Assembly (NCBI RefSeq): GCF_006345805.1
Contig: NC_042998.1
Location: 205,902,001-205,966,000 of the forward strand
Reading direction: 5' to 3'
Length of the DNA stretch: 64,000 bases
From: Octopus sinensis
Taxonomy: Eukaryota
Both the position numbers and the translations under genes were made by a program. Positions 1 through 18,300 of the stretch are shown here, piece after piece. The notes beneath the pieces are model-generated. The model was not told the origin of the DNA, made no database searches, and saw only the letters and a list, made by a program, of their open reading frames with translations. How positions within the stretch are numbered: position 1 is the first letter of the stretch; each line of letters opens with the position of its first letter.

Positions 1-414
1 CGAATGCTGAATTTACAGCTCTTGTGTCCTGACTCTGAATTCTCATTTGTACCCATCATAATAGGCACATTAGGTTGCGGACCAACTTATGTGCACAAAA
101 CCTTAAAAACACTTGGTTTCAAAGAGAAAGTGCAAAAGAAACTGATGCGGTTTCTACAAATCCAGTCTGTTAATGGCACAGTGAAGATTTGTAAGGCATT
201 CCAGAAGTTCTCCATGTTAGAATCTTATGTGAATAGATGTAAACACTTGGGTGTATACATCGACAGTTCAACCCCAACACACCAACTCAACCACATATTT
301 ACAAACACCGGGAACTCTCTTCACTGAAATTGTGTTGTCGTTTGGTTAGCAAACAGCTTGGACTCTCTCCAGAAGAACTTGTTCCATCGATGGAGTAGAT
401 TCTCAAAGAGAAAT
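1..414 (+). mobile_element. 3' end of an RLE-type (R4/Dong-like) non-LTR retrotransposon, decayed; continues off the left edge
   Basis: ORF 4..327 reads NLQLLCPDSEFSFVPIIIGTLG...LQIQSVNGTVKICKAFQKF, matching the recalled C-terminal restriction-like endonuclease tail pattern (vPIiiGxLG ... LQ..sv.GTvKIck). Non-repetitive sequence then runs to 414 and joins (CATA)n. Clade assignment is from memory. Confidence 0.6.
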
Positions 415-3400
415 CATACATACATACATAAATGCATACATACACACAAACATACATACACACATACATACATACAACATACATACATACATACATACAT
501 ACATACATACATACACACATACATACATACATACATACATACGTGCATGCATGCATGCATGCATACGTTCATACATACATAAAAACATACATGCAACCAT
601 CCATCCAGACATACATACATACATGCATGCATACATACATACAAACATACATACGTACATGCAAGCATGCATACATACATACATAAAGGCATACATACAT
701 ACATACATACAAACGTATGTACATACATACATACATGCATGCAGACATACATACATACACACATACATACATACACACACACATACATACACACATACAT
801 ACACACACACAGCCATACACACATACATACATACATGCATACGTACATACATTCATACATACATCTATACATACATGAATACATACATACACACATACAT
901 ACATACACACATGCATACATACATGCATACGAACACACATACATACATACATGCATGCATATATGCATACATATATGCATGCTGCATGCATACATAAATA
1001 CACGCATGCATTCATGTATGCATACATACATACATACATGCATACATACATACGTCCGTATTACGTACATGCATGCATGTCTGATTACATACGTACATAC
1101 ATGCATACATACATACATACATATGTACGTAGGTACTACATACATACGTACGTACGCACATACATACATACATACATACATACATGCACACATACATACA
1201 TGCATACATACATGCATACATACATGCATACATACATACATACATGAGTACATACATACATACACACATACATACACACATACATACATACACACATACA
1301 CATATACACACATACATACATAAATGCATACATACATACATGCATGCATGCATACATACATGCATACATACATACACACATACATACATCCATATATACA
1401 TACATACATTCATGCATACATGAATATATACAGACTTACATACATACAACACACACACAAACATATACATACATACATACACACATACATATATGCATAC
1501 ATACATACATACATACATCCATGCATACACACATACATTCATGCATACATACATACATACATACATCCATGCATACACACATACATTCATGCATACATAC
1601 ATGCATACATACATGCATACATACATGCATACATACATGAATGCATACATACATACATACATACATACATACACACATACATACATACATGCATACATAC
1701 ATACATACAAACATACATACATACATACATACATACATACATACATACATACATACATACATACATACATACATGCATTCATACATACACACATACATAC
1801 ATACACACACACACAAACATATACATACATACATACATGCATACATACATATATACATATATGAATACATACATACATACACACATACAAACATACACAC
1901 ATACACACATACATACATGCATAAATATATACATACATACATACATAGGTAGATGCATGCATGTATGCATGCATACACACATTAATGCATGCATGCATGC
2001 ATGAGTACATACATACATACATGCATGCATACAGACATACATACATATGTACATACATACATTCATACATACATTCATACATACGTGAATACATACATAC
2101 ATACACACACACACACAAATATACATACATACATACATACATACATACACACATACATACATATACACATACTCACATACATACATGCATACATACATAC
2201 ATCCATTCATACATACACACATACACATACATACATAAACACACATACACACATACATACATACATACATGCATACATACATACATACATGCATATATAC
2301 ATGAATACGTACATACATGCATACATACACACATACATACATACACATATACATACATACACACATACATACATACATGCATAGAAACATACATACATAC
2401 ATGCATACATACATGAATACATACACACATACATATATACATACACACATACATACATACATGCATAGAAACATACATACATACACGCATACATACATGA
2501 ATACATACACACATACATATATACAGACATACAGACATACATGCATACATACATACATGCCTACATACATAAATACATAAATACATACATACATACACAC
2601 GTACACACATACATACATACACACATACATACATACACACATACATACATACATACATACATGCATGAATACATACATACATACATACATGCATGCTTAC
2701 ATGCATACAAACATACACACATACATACATACACACATACATACATGCATACATACATGAATACATACATACATAATTACATACATCCATACATTCATAA
2801 TTACAAGAATACATACATACATACACACACATACACACATACTTACATAAACACATACATACACACATACATACAGACATACATACACACATACATACAT
2901 GCATATATACATACATACATACATATGTAAATACATACATACATACATCAATACATACGTACATACATACATACATACATGAATACATACATACATACAT
3001 ACACACATGCATACATAAAGTCATACATACATACATATATTTATACATACATACATAGATACATGCATACACACATACATACATGCATGCATACATACAT
3101 ACATACATACGTACATAGGTACGTACATACATACATACGTACATACGTACGTACGTACATGCATGAATACATACATGCATGCATACATACAAACATACAT
3201 ACGTACGTACATACATATTTACATGCATGCATACATACATACACACATACATACACACATACATACACACACACATACATACATGCATATATACAAACAT
3301 ACATACATTCATACAAACATATATACATACATACATACATGCATACATACATATATACATACATGCATACATACATACACACATACATACATACATACAC

Positions 3401-6400
3401 ACATTCACACACTCATACATACATACACACATACATACATACACACATTCACACATACATACACACATACTTACATACACACATACATACACACATACAT
3501 ACAGACACACATACACACATACATATATGCATACATACATACATACATATGTAAATACATACATACATACATACATGCATACATACATATATACATACAT
3601 GAATACATACATACACACACACATACATACATACACACATACATACATACACACATTCACACACTCATACATACATACACACATACATACATACACACAT
3701 ACATACATACACACATTCACACATACATACATGCATACATATATACATGCATACATATATGAATACATACATACATACATACATGAATACATACATATAT
3801 ATATACACACATACACACATGCATACATACATGCATACATATATACATACATATATGTATACATACATACATACATACATAGGTAGATGCATGCATGTAT
3901 GCATGCATACATACATAAATGCATGCATGCATGCATGAGTACATACATACATACATGCATACATACATACATTCCTACGTAAGTGTGTACATACATGCAT
4001 GCATACATGCATGCATATATACATACATGCATGCATACATACATACTTACATACGTACATATATACATGCATGCATACCTACAAACATAAATAGATACGT
4101 ACGTACATACATACGTACATGAATGCATACATACATACATACACATACATACATACACACATACATACACACATACATGCATATATACAAACATACATAC
4201 ATTCATAGATACATGAATACATACATACGTACACACACACACAAACATATACATACATACATACATACATAATACATACACACATACATACACACATACA
4301 TACAGACATACTCACATACATATATGCATACATACATACGTACATACATCCATGCATACATACATGAATACATACATACATACACACATACATACACACA
4401 TACATACTTACAAACATACACACATACATACATGCATACATACATAAATGCATACATACATGCATACATACATGCATACGTACATGAATACATACATACA
4501 TATATACATACACACATATATATATACACACATACATACATACACATATAAATACATACGTGCGTATATACATACATACATACATGAATACATACATACA
4601 TGATTACATACATACAAGTATACATACATATATACATACATGCATTCATACATGAATACATACATACACACATACAAACATACATACATAAACACATACA
4701 TACATACATACATGATTACTTACATACATACGTACTTACATTCATACATACATACATATATGTATGCATGCATACATACATACATACACACATACATACA
4801 TGCATACATACATTAATACATACATACATACATACATACATACACACATACATACATGCATACATACATTAATACATACATACATACATACATACATACA
4901 TACATACATACATACATACATACACACATACATACATGCATACATACATTAATACATACATACATACATACACACATACATACATACACACATACATACA
5001 TACATGCATGCGTGAATACATACATACATACATTCATACATACATTCATACATACATGAATACATACATACATGTAAACACATACACACATACCTACATA
5101 CACACATACATACACACATGCATACACACATACACACATACAGACATGCATACATACATACATGCATACATACAAACATACATACATACGTACGTACTTA
5201 CATACATACATGCATGCATACATACATACACACATACATACATACATGCATATATACATACATACATACATACATTCATACATACCTACATACATACATA
5301 CACACTCACACACATACAAATACATACATACATACACACATACATACATACATACACACATACATACATACACACATACACACATACATACATGCATACA
5401 TACATACATCCATGCTTACATACATTAATACACACATACATGAATACATACATACATACACATATACATACATACAGACATACATACACACATACATGCA
5501 TACTTGCATACATAAATACATACATGCATACATACATGAATAGTTACATACATATATGTAAGCATGCATAAATGCATACATACATACGTACGTACGTAGG
5601 TACATACATACATACATACATACACATATATGCATACATACATACATACATACGTACGTACATACATATATGAATGCATGCATGCATGCATACATACATA
5701 CTTGCATATATACATGCATACATACGTATGTACGTACATACATACATACATACGTACGTACATACATACATTTATACATGCATGCATGCATACATACATA
5801 CATACATAATACATGAGTACGTACGTACGTACATACATATATACGGGCATACATACGTATATACATACATGCATACATACATACATACGTACATGCATAC
5901 ATACATGAATACATACATATATACGTACGTACATACATACATCCATGCATAGATATATTTATGCATGCATACATACATACATACATAAGTTCGTACGTAC
6001 ATACATGCATGCATGCATACATACGTACATAGTGCGTACATACATACATGCATTCATACATACATAAATATATACGTACGTACGTACATACATACGTAGG
6101 TACTTACGAAAGTACATACATACAAAGATACACATATGCATACATGCAAACATGCAAACACACATACAGTCATACATATGTACGTATGTACGTCCATAAT
6201 ACATACATACACTCATACACACACACATATATACATGCATACATTCATACATACATACATACATGCATATATACGTATATACATGCATAGATACATACAT
6301 ACGTCCGTACGTACATACATGCATGCATGCAAACATACATACATACGTACATACGTACATACATGCATACATACATGCATTTATACATACATACGTACGT

Positions 6401-7430
6401 ACATACATCCTATTATATATACGTCCGTACGTACATACATGCATGCCTGCATACATACGTACATACATACATACGTACATACATGCATACATACATGGAA
6501 GCATACATACATACGTACGGACATACGTACATACATGCATACATACATACATACATACATCCATACGTACGTACGTACATACATACATACGTACATAGAT
6601 ATTTAGATACATGCATACATACATACATACATACAAACATAGAAACATACATACATGAATACATACATACATACACACATACATACATACACACATACAT
6701 ACATGCATACACACATGCATGCATACATACATACATACATACATACATACATAAATTCATACATACATGCATTCGTACATACATACACACATACATACAT
6801 GCATGCATGCATGCATCATACATACATACTTACATACATAAATGCATACATACATGCATGCATACATACATACATACGTACGTATGTACATACATACATA
6901 CATACATACATACGTACATACATACGTACATACATACATAAATACATACATACATACATGCATGCATGCATACATACACACATGCATGCATGCATACATA
7001 CACACATACATCAATACGTACGTACGTACATACATACACACATACGTACATAAATACATAGATACACGCCTACATACATGCATACATACATACATACACA
7101 CATACATACATACACACATACATACATACATACATACATGCATGCATACATACAAACATACATACATACATACATACATACATACGTACGTAAATACGTA
7201 CATGCCTTCGTACATACATACATACATGCATGTATGCATTCATGCATATATACATACATACATGCATACATACTTACGTACATGCATGCATACCTATATA
7301 CATACGTACATACATACATACATACATACACATACATCCATACATACATGAATACATACTTACATACATACATACACACATACAAACATACACACACACA
7401 TACATAAACACATGTATACATACAATCATG
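415..7430 (+). repeat. Degenerate (TACA)n satellite, block 1
   Basis: Continuous 4-nt words TACA with variants TGCA, CACA, TATA, TACG, TGAA; no unique sequence. Confidence 0.98.
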
Positions 7431-7449
7431 TTAGTTAGTTAGTTAGTTA
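7431..7449 (-). repeat. (TAAC)n 3' tail of the CR1 element
   Basis: ttagttagttagttagtta lies directly beyond the short 3' UTR; CR1-group elements end in short tandem-repeat tails. Confidence 0.8.
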
Positions 7450-9700
7450 ATTTGGCTCAAAAGCAAATAGCAAGGCCATGTAGGGGGACATGGAGTTAAG
7501 TACAGGGTGGTGTTCATGTAAAGAGTTCAGGCCACTTGAGGTCCAGGGAGAATTTGAACAAAGCGGTCGTCGGCATCTTCACCATCTCGTCCGGCAGCTT
7601 GTTCCACGGATCCGCAACCCGGATTTAGAAAGCTCCTCTCCTTCGATTGAGATGAAATCGTCGCAGGTAGAGCTTTTCGGAATGACCCCGCAGCCGACGC
7701 TCCGGAGCAGGAGTGAAGAACAGCTCTTTCGAGAGGTTACACTTCCCGCTTATGATGTTGTGGGCGAGAATGAGATCACCACGGCGGCGGCGTTTTTCAA
7801 GAGAATAAAGGTCGAGCGTCCTCAGCCTTTCTTCGTAGGACAAATTTTTGAGACCATGAACCATGCGGTAGCCAGCCTCTGGACTCTTTCGAGATGCTGT
7901 ATGTCTTTGAGGAGATAAGGAGAGAGGAGGCTTGAATCCCATACTCCAATATGGGTCTCACCAGCGTGACATAGAGTGGTAGGAATATGGCTGCTGTGAG
8001 CATTCCGAATGACCGTCGAATCAAAAACAGAATTCCGCGCGCTTTGTTGGCAGCATGGACGCACTAGGCCGAAGGCGAAAAGGAGGAATCCACCAAGATA
8101 CCCAGGTCCTTTACCTGATCGGTCCTATCCAGCAGCAGACGACCCGGCTCGAAATCCAGTTGAGTTGCAGGAGTAGAGCCGACAGGCAGATGACAGCACT
8201 TTGACACGTTCAGACACAGGTCCCAATCGTTAGACCACTTCCAAATTTGGTGGAGGCATCGACGAAGATCCTCTATACTACCACGAGGAGCGACCAGTTT
8301 GATATCGTCGGCAAATAGAAGGGTGTGTTGCGTGAGGTCGTCGGGCAAGTCATTTATGAAGACTAAGAACAACAAGGGCCCAAGCACTGAACCTTGAGGC
8401 ACGCCACTGCTCGCACTGGAGACGTCGGACCGCGAACCATTAACTTGAACTTGGAAGGAGCGATCTGAGAGGAAGGCACCAACCCATCGTATAATATCCG
8501 GATGGAAACTATATGCTTGAAGCTTGACAAGTAATAGGCGGTGGTTTACCGAGTCAAAAGCTTTGGCAAAGTCCAATAAAACGATGTCAATAGCATCACT
8601 ATCATCGAGGATGCGCGTCACCAATTCTTCCATTACTAGTAAGTTGGTCAAGCATGATCTCTTCGGCACGAAGCCGTGTTGGGAATCAGTGATCGAGGCT
8701 GTGTTTAGGAGGTGGAGCATCATACTTTTCTTAAGGATGGTTTCGAACATCTTGCTGATTATTGATGTAAGGGAAACCGGTCGGTAGTTAAGCGGGTCTT
8801 CGCGGCTCCCTTTCTTGAAAATTGGGCAGATTATCGCTGTTCTCCAGTCTGCAGGTATAACACCCGTCGCCAATGACATATTGAATAGTCGTGTTAAGGG
8901 CTCGCAGATGACCGGAGCCAACGCTTTGATAACCCGTGGTGTATGCCGTCAGGGCCGTGACCCTTGTTGACATCGAGGCCTTGAATAACACGTTTGACTT
9001 CGTCCCGCGTGATGGCCAATCGAAGCATTGGAGGTACCGATCTATCAAATGGAGGGGGTTCACGACCATCATCTTGTTTGAAAATAGTTGAAAAAGCCTC
9101 GGCAAATAATTGACTCTGTTGATAAGGGTCCACAATTGATACGCCTGTTGAGTCTACCAACGTTGCAATCTGGTTGTTCAAGCGGGAATTCCGCTGGACA
9201 TGGGCAAAGAAGGTTTTTGGATTGCTACTGGCATTTGCCGCGATTTTGTATTCATAACTGAAGCGTTCTTTCTTTTCAATTTTCACGGCTCGGTCTCGTT
9301 GAGATTTGTACACCTCAAAAGCTGCAGTCGAATCCAGATTTTTGAATTCAGCCCAAGGAATATCTCTGAGTCGACGTTCTCGTTTAACCTTCTTCGTCAC
9401 CCAGGGCTTGTGTTTCTTCCTCATGGGAAGCCCAACGGGAACTGCCTGGTCAGTCAAACAGATTACATATGCTTTGAGGGATGACCATAGTTCGTCAACT
9501 GAGGACAACGTCATCAGGGATCGCCAGTCCAGAAGCACGGAAGCCTCGGTTAGAATTTCAAGATTAATTGCAGAGAAGACTCTACGTGGCAGCGAAGTAA
9601 TCGTGGGCGTAGAAAAAGTTGTGTGGTTGACGAACTTCAGGACCGCATGATCACTCTTGGCAAGAGGGGCGCACACAGATACGTCTGACAATGATATTGG
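7431..9700 (-). mobile_element. 5'-truncated CR1-group LINE (end of APE endonuclease, RT, C-terminus, 3' UTR and tail), disrupted
   Basis: Minus-strand translation gives APLAKSDHAVLKF (APE end), NYRPVSLTS, QHGFVPKRSCLTNLL, LDFAKAFDSV, GVPQGSVLGPLLFLVFINDLP, LFADD, LEKRRRRGDLI, RVADPWNKLP. Frameshifts near 8939, 7925 and 7866; in-frame stops at 8064-8066 and 7625-7627; natural stop at 7514-7516. Confidence 0.95.
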
Positions 9701-12288
9701 ATACATACATACATACATGTATACATACATACATGTATACATACATACATACAAACGTAGATACTTGCATACACACGTGCATACATACATGCATGCATAC
9801 ATGCATACATACATACGTACGTAAGTACATTCATACATACATGGATCTATACATACATACATAAATACATGCATGCATGCATACGTACAAATATGCATAC
9901 ATGCATACATACATACATACCGACGTAAGTACGTACGTACATACATGCATGTATACATGCATATATACATACATACATACATACATACATACATACATAC
10001 ATACATACATACATACTTACATACGTACAAACAGACCTGCATGGGGGGAATGCATACATACATACATACATACAAACATACATACGTACGTACGTACATA
10101 CTTGCATGCATACATACATACATACACGCATATATATACATACACACATACCTACACACATACATACATATATGCATATATACATACATACATACATACA
10201 TTCATACATACATGAATACATACATATATATACATACATACATACATACATACATGCATACATACAGACACACATACATACATACACACATACATACATG
10301 CATACATACATACATACATATATATACATACATACATACATACATGCATACATACATTAATACGTACATACTTGCATGAATACATACATACATACATACA
10401 CACATACACATATACATACATACATGCATACATACATACATGCATACATAGATGAATACGTACATACATACACACATGCATGCATGCATAAATACATACA
10501 TACATACATACTAAGAACATACATACATGCTTGCATGCATGCATACATACATACATATATACATATATGCATACATACATACATACGTACGTACGTACAT
10601 GCATATATGCTTGCATGCATGCATGCATAAATACATACATACATGCATGTATACATACATACATACGTATGTACGTTCGTACATACATACATACAATCAT
10701 ACGTACGTACGTACATAAATACATACTTTTATAGATGCATGCATGCATACATACATTCATACGTACGTACCTACATAAATACATACTTTTATACATGCAT
10801 GCATGCATACATACATACATACATACATAATACATGAGTACGTACGTATGTACGTACATACATATATACGTACATACATACGTACATGCATACATATATG
10901 CATACATACATACATACAAGCATACGTACATGAATACATACATACATGCATATATACGTACGTACATACATACATACATGCATACATACATTTATGCATT
11001 CATACATACATACATGCATGCATACATACATACATACATACGTACGAACATACATACATACATGCATTCATACATACATACATATATATGTACGTACGTA
11101 CATAAATACGTTCGTAGGTACGTACGTACGTACATACATACGAACATACACACATGCATACATGCATAGATGCATACATACATATAGTCATACATACGTA
11201 AGTACGTACGTCCATAATACATACATACACACATACATACACACATACATACACACTAATATACATGCATACATACATACATTCGTACATGCATACATAC
11301 ATTAATACATACATGCATATATACATTAATACATACATACATACATATACACATACATACATACATACATACATACTTACACACATACATACATGCACAC
11401 ATACATACATACATGCATACATACATACATACATACAAGAATACATACATACATATATGCATGCATGTATACTTACAGATATACATGCATGCGTACAATA
11501 CATACATATATACAAACATACATGCATGCATACATACATACACAGATACACAAATACATGCATCCATCCATCCATACATACATACATGCATACAGGCATG
11601 CATACATACAATCATACATACGTATATATATATATGCATGCTTGGAAGCATGCATACATACATACATACATTCATGGATACATACATACATACATACATG
11701 CATGTATACATACATACAAACACACAAACATACATATAAACATTCTTACATACACACTTACATACATACATTTATACATTCATGAATGTGTGCATACAGA
11801 CATACATACACACACATATACACATACATACATACACACATACATACATACATACACACATACATTCATACACACATACACACATACGTACATGTATACA
11901 TACATACATGCATACGTACATGAATACATACATACAAGAATACATACATAGATACAAACATACATACATAAACACATTTATACATACATGCATACGTACA
12001 CACATACATAAATACATGCATGAATACAAACATACATATATGCATGCATGCATACATACATACATACATGCATTCATGAAGGCATGCATATATACATATA
12101 TACATGCATTCATGCATACATAAATACGTCCGTACGTACATACATGCATGCATACATACGTACATACATGCATACATACATGCATTTCTACACACATATA
12201 CATACATACATACATACGTATATACGAACGTACGTACATACATACTTATATACATATGTACGTCCATACGTACATACATGCATGCATG

Positions 12289-12320
<32 letters not shown>

Positions 12321-15300
12321 CACACGTACATACATGCATACATACATGCATGCATACATACATACGTACGTACATACATAAATACATACATGCATACCTA
12401 CATACATACATACATCCATACGTACGTACGTACGTACATACAAGGATACGTACATACATACATACATACATGCATACATACATACATATATGAATACATA
12501 CATACACACATACATACATACACACATGCATGCATACATACATATATACATGAATACGCATATACATACATGTTTGCATGCATACATACATACATACGTA
12601 CATAAATTCACACATACATGCCTTCGTACATATATACACACATACATACATGCATGCACGCATGCATTCATACATACATACATACGTACATACATGCATA
12701 CATGCATGCATACATACATACGTACATACGTACGTACATACATACATACATACATACATACATGCATGCATGCATGCATGCATGCATGCATACATACATA
12801 CATACATGTATGTATGCATTCATGTATATATGCATATATACATGCATACATACATACATACATGCATGCTTACCTATAGACAGACGTACATACATACATG
12901 CATGCATACATACATAAATACATATATACGTACGTACATACATACATACATACATACATGCATGCATACATACATACACACATACATACATACACACATA
13001 CATGCATATGTACATACATACGCTCATACATACATGAATTCTTGCATACATACACACACACATACACATACATACACACATACATACACGCATTAACACA
13101 TACATACATACATACATACACACAAATACACACACACATACAAACACACATACATGCATGCATACGTACATACATACATGCATACATACATGAATAAATA
13201 CATACATACATACGTACATACTTCATGCATACAAACATACATACACACATACATAAACACACATACATACACACATACATGCATGCATACATACATACAT
13301 ACATCAATAAATACATACATACATACATACGTACGTACATATATGCATGCATGCATAAATACATACACACATACATACGCACGTACGTACATATATACAT
13401 ACGTCCATTTCCTACATACATACATTCATACATGCATACATACATACATGCATACATTCATGAATACATTCGTACAAACATGCTTACATACATGCATGCA
13501 TACATACATACATACATACGTACGTACATACATGCATGAATGCATACATAAAAACATGCATGCATGCATGCATACATACATACATACATGCACACATACA
13601 TATATACTTGCGTACGTACATACATACATACATACAGACGTACGTACGTACGTAAATACATACATATATGCATACGTACATACGTACGTACACACATACA
13701 TACATACACACATACACACATACATACATGCATGCATATATGAATACATACATGAATACATACATACATACACACATACAGACATACACACATACATACA
13801 TACACACATATATGCATACTTACATACATACATGAATGCATACATACATACATACATACGTACATACATGCATGCATGCTTACATGCATACATACATACA
13901 TTTTTGCATGCATACATACATACATACATGCATGCATGCATGCTTATATGCATTCATGCAAACATACAAGTATGCATGCATACATGTATGCATACATACA
14001 TACATACGTACATACATACATGCATACATACATGCATGCATACAGACATACATGCATGCATACATACATACATACATACGTACATACATACATGCATACA
14101 TACATACATACATACGTACGTACATAGATACATTCATACATGCATGCATACATACATACACACATACATACAGACACACATACATACATACACGCATACA
14201 TACATACATGATTACGTACATACATACATTTATACATACATGCATACATACATACATACATAAATACACAGACAAACATATATATACATTCATATACACA
14301 TACATACACACATACAAACACACATACTTACATGCATACATACATGTATACATACAAACATACATACATGCATGCATACATACATACGTACGTACGTACA
14401 TACATACATGCATGCATACATATATACATACACACATACATACATAAACACATACATACATACATACATGTATACGTACACACATACGTACATACATACA
14501 TACATGCATACATATATACATACATACATACATATATGCATGCATGCATTCATACATACATACATACATACATACATGCATTCGTGTATGCATGCATGCA
14601 TATATACATGCATACATGCATAGATACATACATGAGTCCGTACGCACTTACATGCATGCATGCAAATATACATGCATACGTACATACGTACATACATGCA
14701 TACATACATGCATTTATACATACATACATACGTACATACGTACGTGCGTACGTACGTACGTACATCCTTTCATATATAAGTACATACATACATAAATGCC
14801 TTCCTACATACATACATACATGCATGTATGCATTCATGCATACATACATACATGCATACATACATACATACATGCATGCATACCTATATACTTACGTACA
14901 TACATACATGCATGCATACATACATAAATACATACGTACATACACACATACATACACACATACATACATACACACATACATACATATATGCATACATATA
15001 TACATACATGAATGCATACATACATACATACATGAATTCAAACATACATACGTACAAACATACATGCATGTATACATACACATACATACATACTTACATA
15101 CATACATAAATGCATGCATACATATATACATGCATGCATACATACATGCATATGTAAATATATGCATGCATCCTACATATATACATACGTACGTACATAC
15201 ATACAATACAAGCATGCATACATACATACACAGATACATATATACACACGTACATACATACATAATTACGGACATACATACATGCATGCATGCATACATA

Positions 15301-18300
15301 CATGCATACATACATACACACATACATCGATACACACATGCATACAAACATGAATACATACGTACATACATACATACATTCATACTGACATGAAGACATA
15401 CAAACATACACACACATACACGCATACCTACATACACACATACATACATGCACATATACATACATGTACACATACACACATACATACATGCATACATACA
15501 TATATATATAAATACATACATCCATACATACATGAATACATACTTACATACATACATACACACATACAAACATACACACACACATACAAACACACATGTG
15601 TACAAATAATCATACATGTATACATACATACATACATAGATACTTGCATACACACATGCATACATACATACAAACATACGTAAGTACATTCATACATACA
15701 TGGATGCATACATACGTACATAAATGCATGCATGCATCCGTACATACATATATACATACCTACGTAAGTACGTACGTACATACATGAATGCATGCATACA
15801 TACATACATACATACTTACATACGTACATACAAACCTGCATGGAGGTAATGCACACATACATACATGCATACATACAAACATACATACGTACGTACGTAC
15901 ATACTTGCATGCATGCATACATATATACATACACACATACATACACACATAATACATATATGCATATATGCATTCATACATACATGAAAACATACATGAA
16001 AACATACATGAAAACATACATGAAAACATACACACTCACACACATACATAAATATACATACATACACACATACATACATACACACATACATACACACATA
16101 CATACATACATACATACATACATACATCCATGCATACATACATTAATACATACATACATACATACATACATACATACATCCATACATACATGCATACATA
16201 CATACATACACATACATACATACATACATACATATATACATACATACATATATACATACATACATACATACATACATACATACATGAATACTTACATACA
16301 TACATACATAAATACATACATACATACATACATGCTTGCAAGCGTAAATACATACATACAAACATACGTACTAAGTACATACATACATGCTTGCATGTAT
16401 GCATACATACATACATACGTACGTACGTACATACATATATGCTTGCATGCATGCATGCATACATACATACATACATGCATGTATATATACATACGTATGT
16501 ACGTACGTACATACATACACACATTCATACGTACGTACATACATACATACATTTATACATGCATGCATACATACATACATACATACTTAATACATGAGTA
16601 CCAACGTACGTACGTACGTACATACATATATATGTACATACTTACGTACATCCATACATGCATACATACATTCATACAAGCATACATACATGAATACATA
16701 CATACATACATATATACGTACGTTCAAACATTCATGCAGGCATAAATACATTTATGCATGCATTTATACAAACATGCATACATACATATGTACGTACTTA
16801 CATACATGCATGCATAAATACATACATACATACATACGTACGTACATACATACATGCATACGTACATACATACATGCATAAATACATCGAGTCATACATA
16901 CGTACGTACGTACGTCCATAATATATACATACATACACACATATATACATTCATACATACATACGTACATGCATACATACATTAATACATACATGCATAT
17001 ATACATGAATATATACATACATACATATACACATACATACATACATACATACATACACACATACTTACATACACACATACATACATACATGCATACATAC
17101 ATACATGAATACATACATACATACATGCTTGCATGCATGGATACATACATACATACGTACGTACATATATATATACATGCATGCGTACATGCATATATAT
17201 ATACAAACATACATGCATGCATACATACATACATAGATACACACATACATGCATCCATCCATCCATAGATACATACATGCATACATGCATGCATGCATAC
17301 AAACATACATACGTATATACATACATGCATGCTTGTAAGCATGCATCCATACATACATACATTAATGCATACATACATACATACATACGTACGTACATAC
17401 ATTCATGCATGCATACATACATACATACACGCATACATACATATAAACATACTTACATACACACTTACGTACATACATTTATACATTCATGAATGTATAC
17501 ATACATACTTACATACACACACACACATACACATACATACACACACACATACAGACATACATACATACACACATATACACATACATACATACACACATAC
17601 ACACATACGTACATGCATACATACATGAATACATACATACATACATACATGAATACATACATAGATACAAACATACATAAACACATTTATACATACATGC
17701 ATACGTACACACATACATACATACATGCATGCATACATACATACATACATACACATATGCATGCATGCATACATAAATACATACATGCATTCATGTATGC
17801 AGGCAGTTATACATATATACATGCATTCACACATACATCTATGCGTACATATGTACATACATGCATGCATGCATGCATACATGTATTTATACAGACATAC
17901 ATACATACGTACACACGTACGTACATACGTCCGTACGTACGTACATACATACTTATATACATATATACGTCCGTACGTACATATATGCATGCATGCACAC
18001 ATACATACAAACATACATACTTACATACATACATACATACATACATATATACATACGTACATACATGCATACATACATGCATGCATACATACATACATAC
18101 GTACGTATGTACGTACGTACATACCTACATACATACATGCATGCACACATACATACATCCATATGTACGTACGTACATACCTAGACACGTGCATACATAC
18201 ATGCATACATACATACATTCCAACGTAAGTGCGTACGCAAATGCATGTATACATGCATGCATATATACATACATGCATGCATACATACATACTTACATAC

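Noticed and set aside
7431-7449. Telomeric repeat
   Set aside because: TTAG is not TTAGGG or TTAGG and it sits exactly at the LINE 3' end.
7410-9730. Target-site duplication for the CR1 insertion
   Set aside because: No unambiguous direct repeat can be called in low-complexity flanks.
8894-10201. 435-aa ORF as a satellite-LINE fusion protein
   Set aside because: The N-terminal half is MYVC satellite read-through into a truncated LINE that frameshifts; no promoter or splice evidence.
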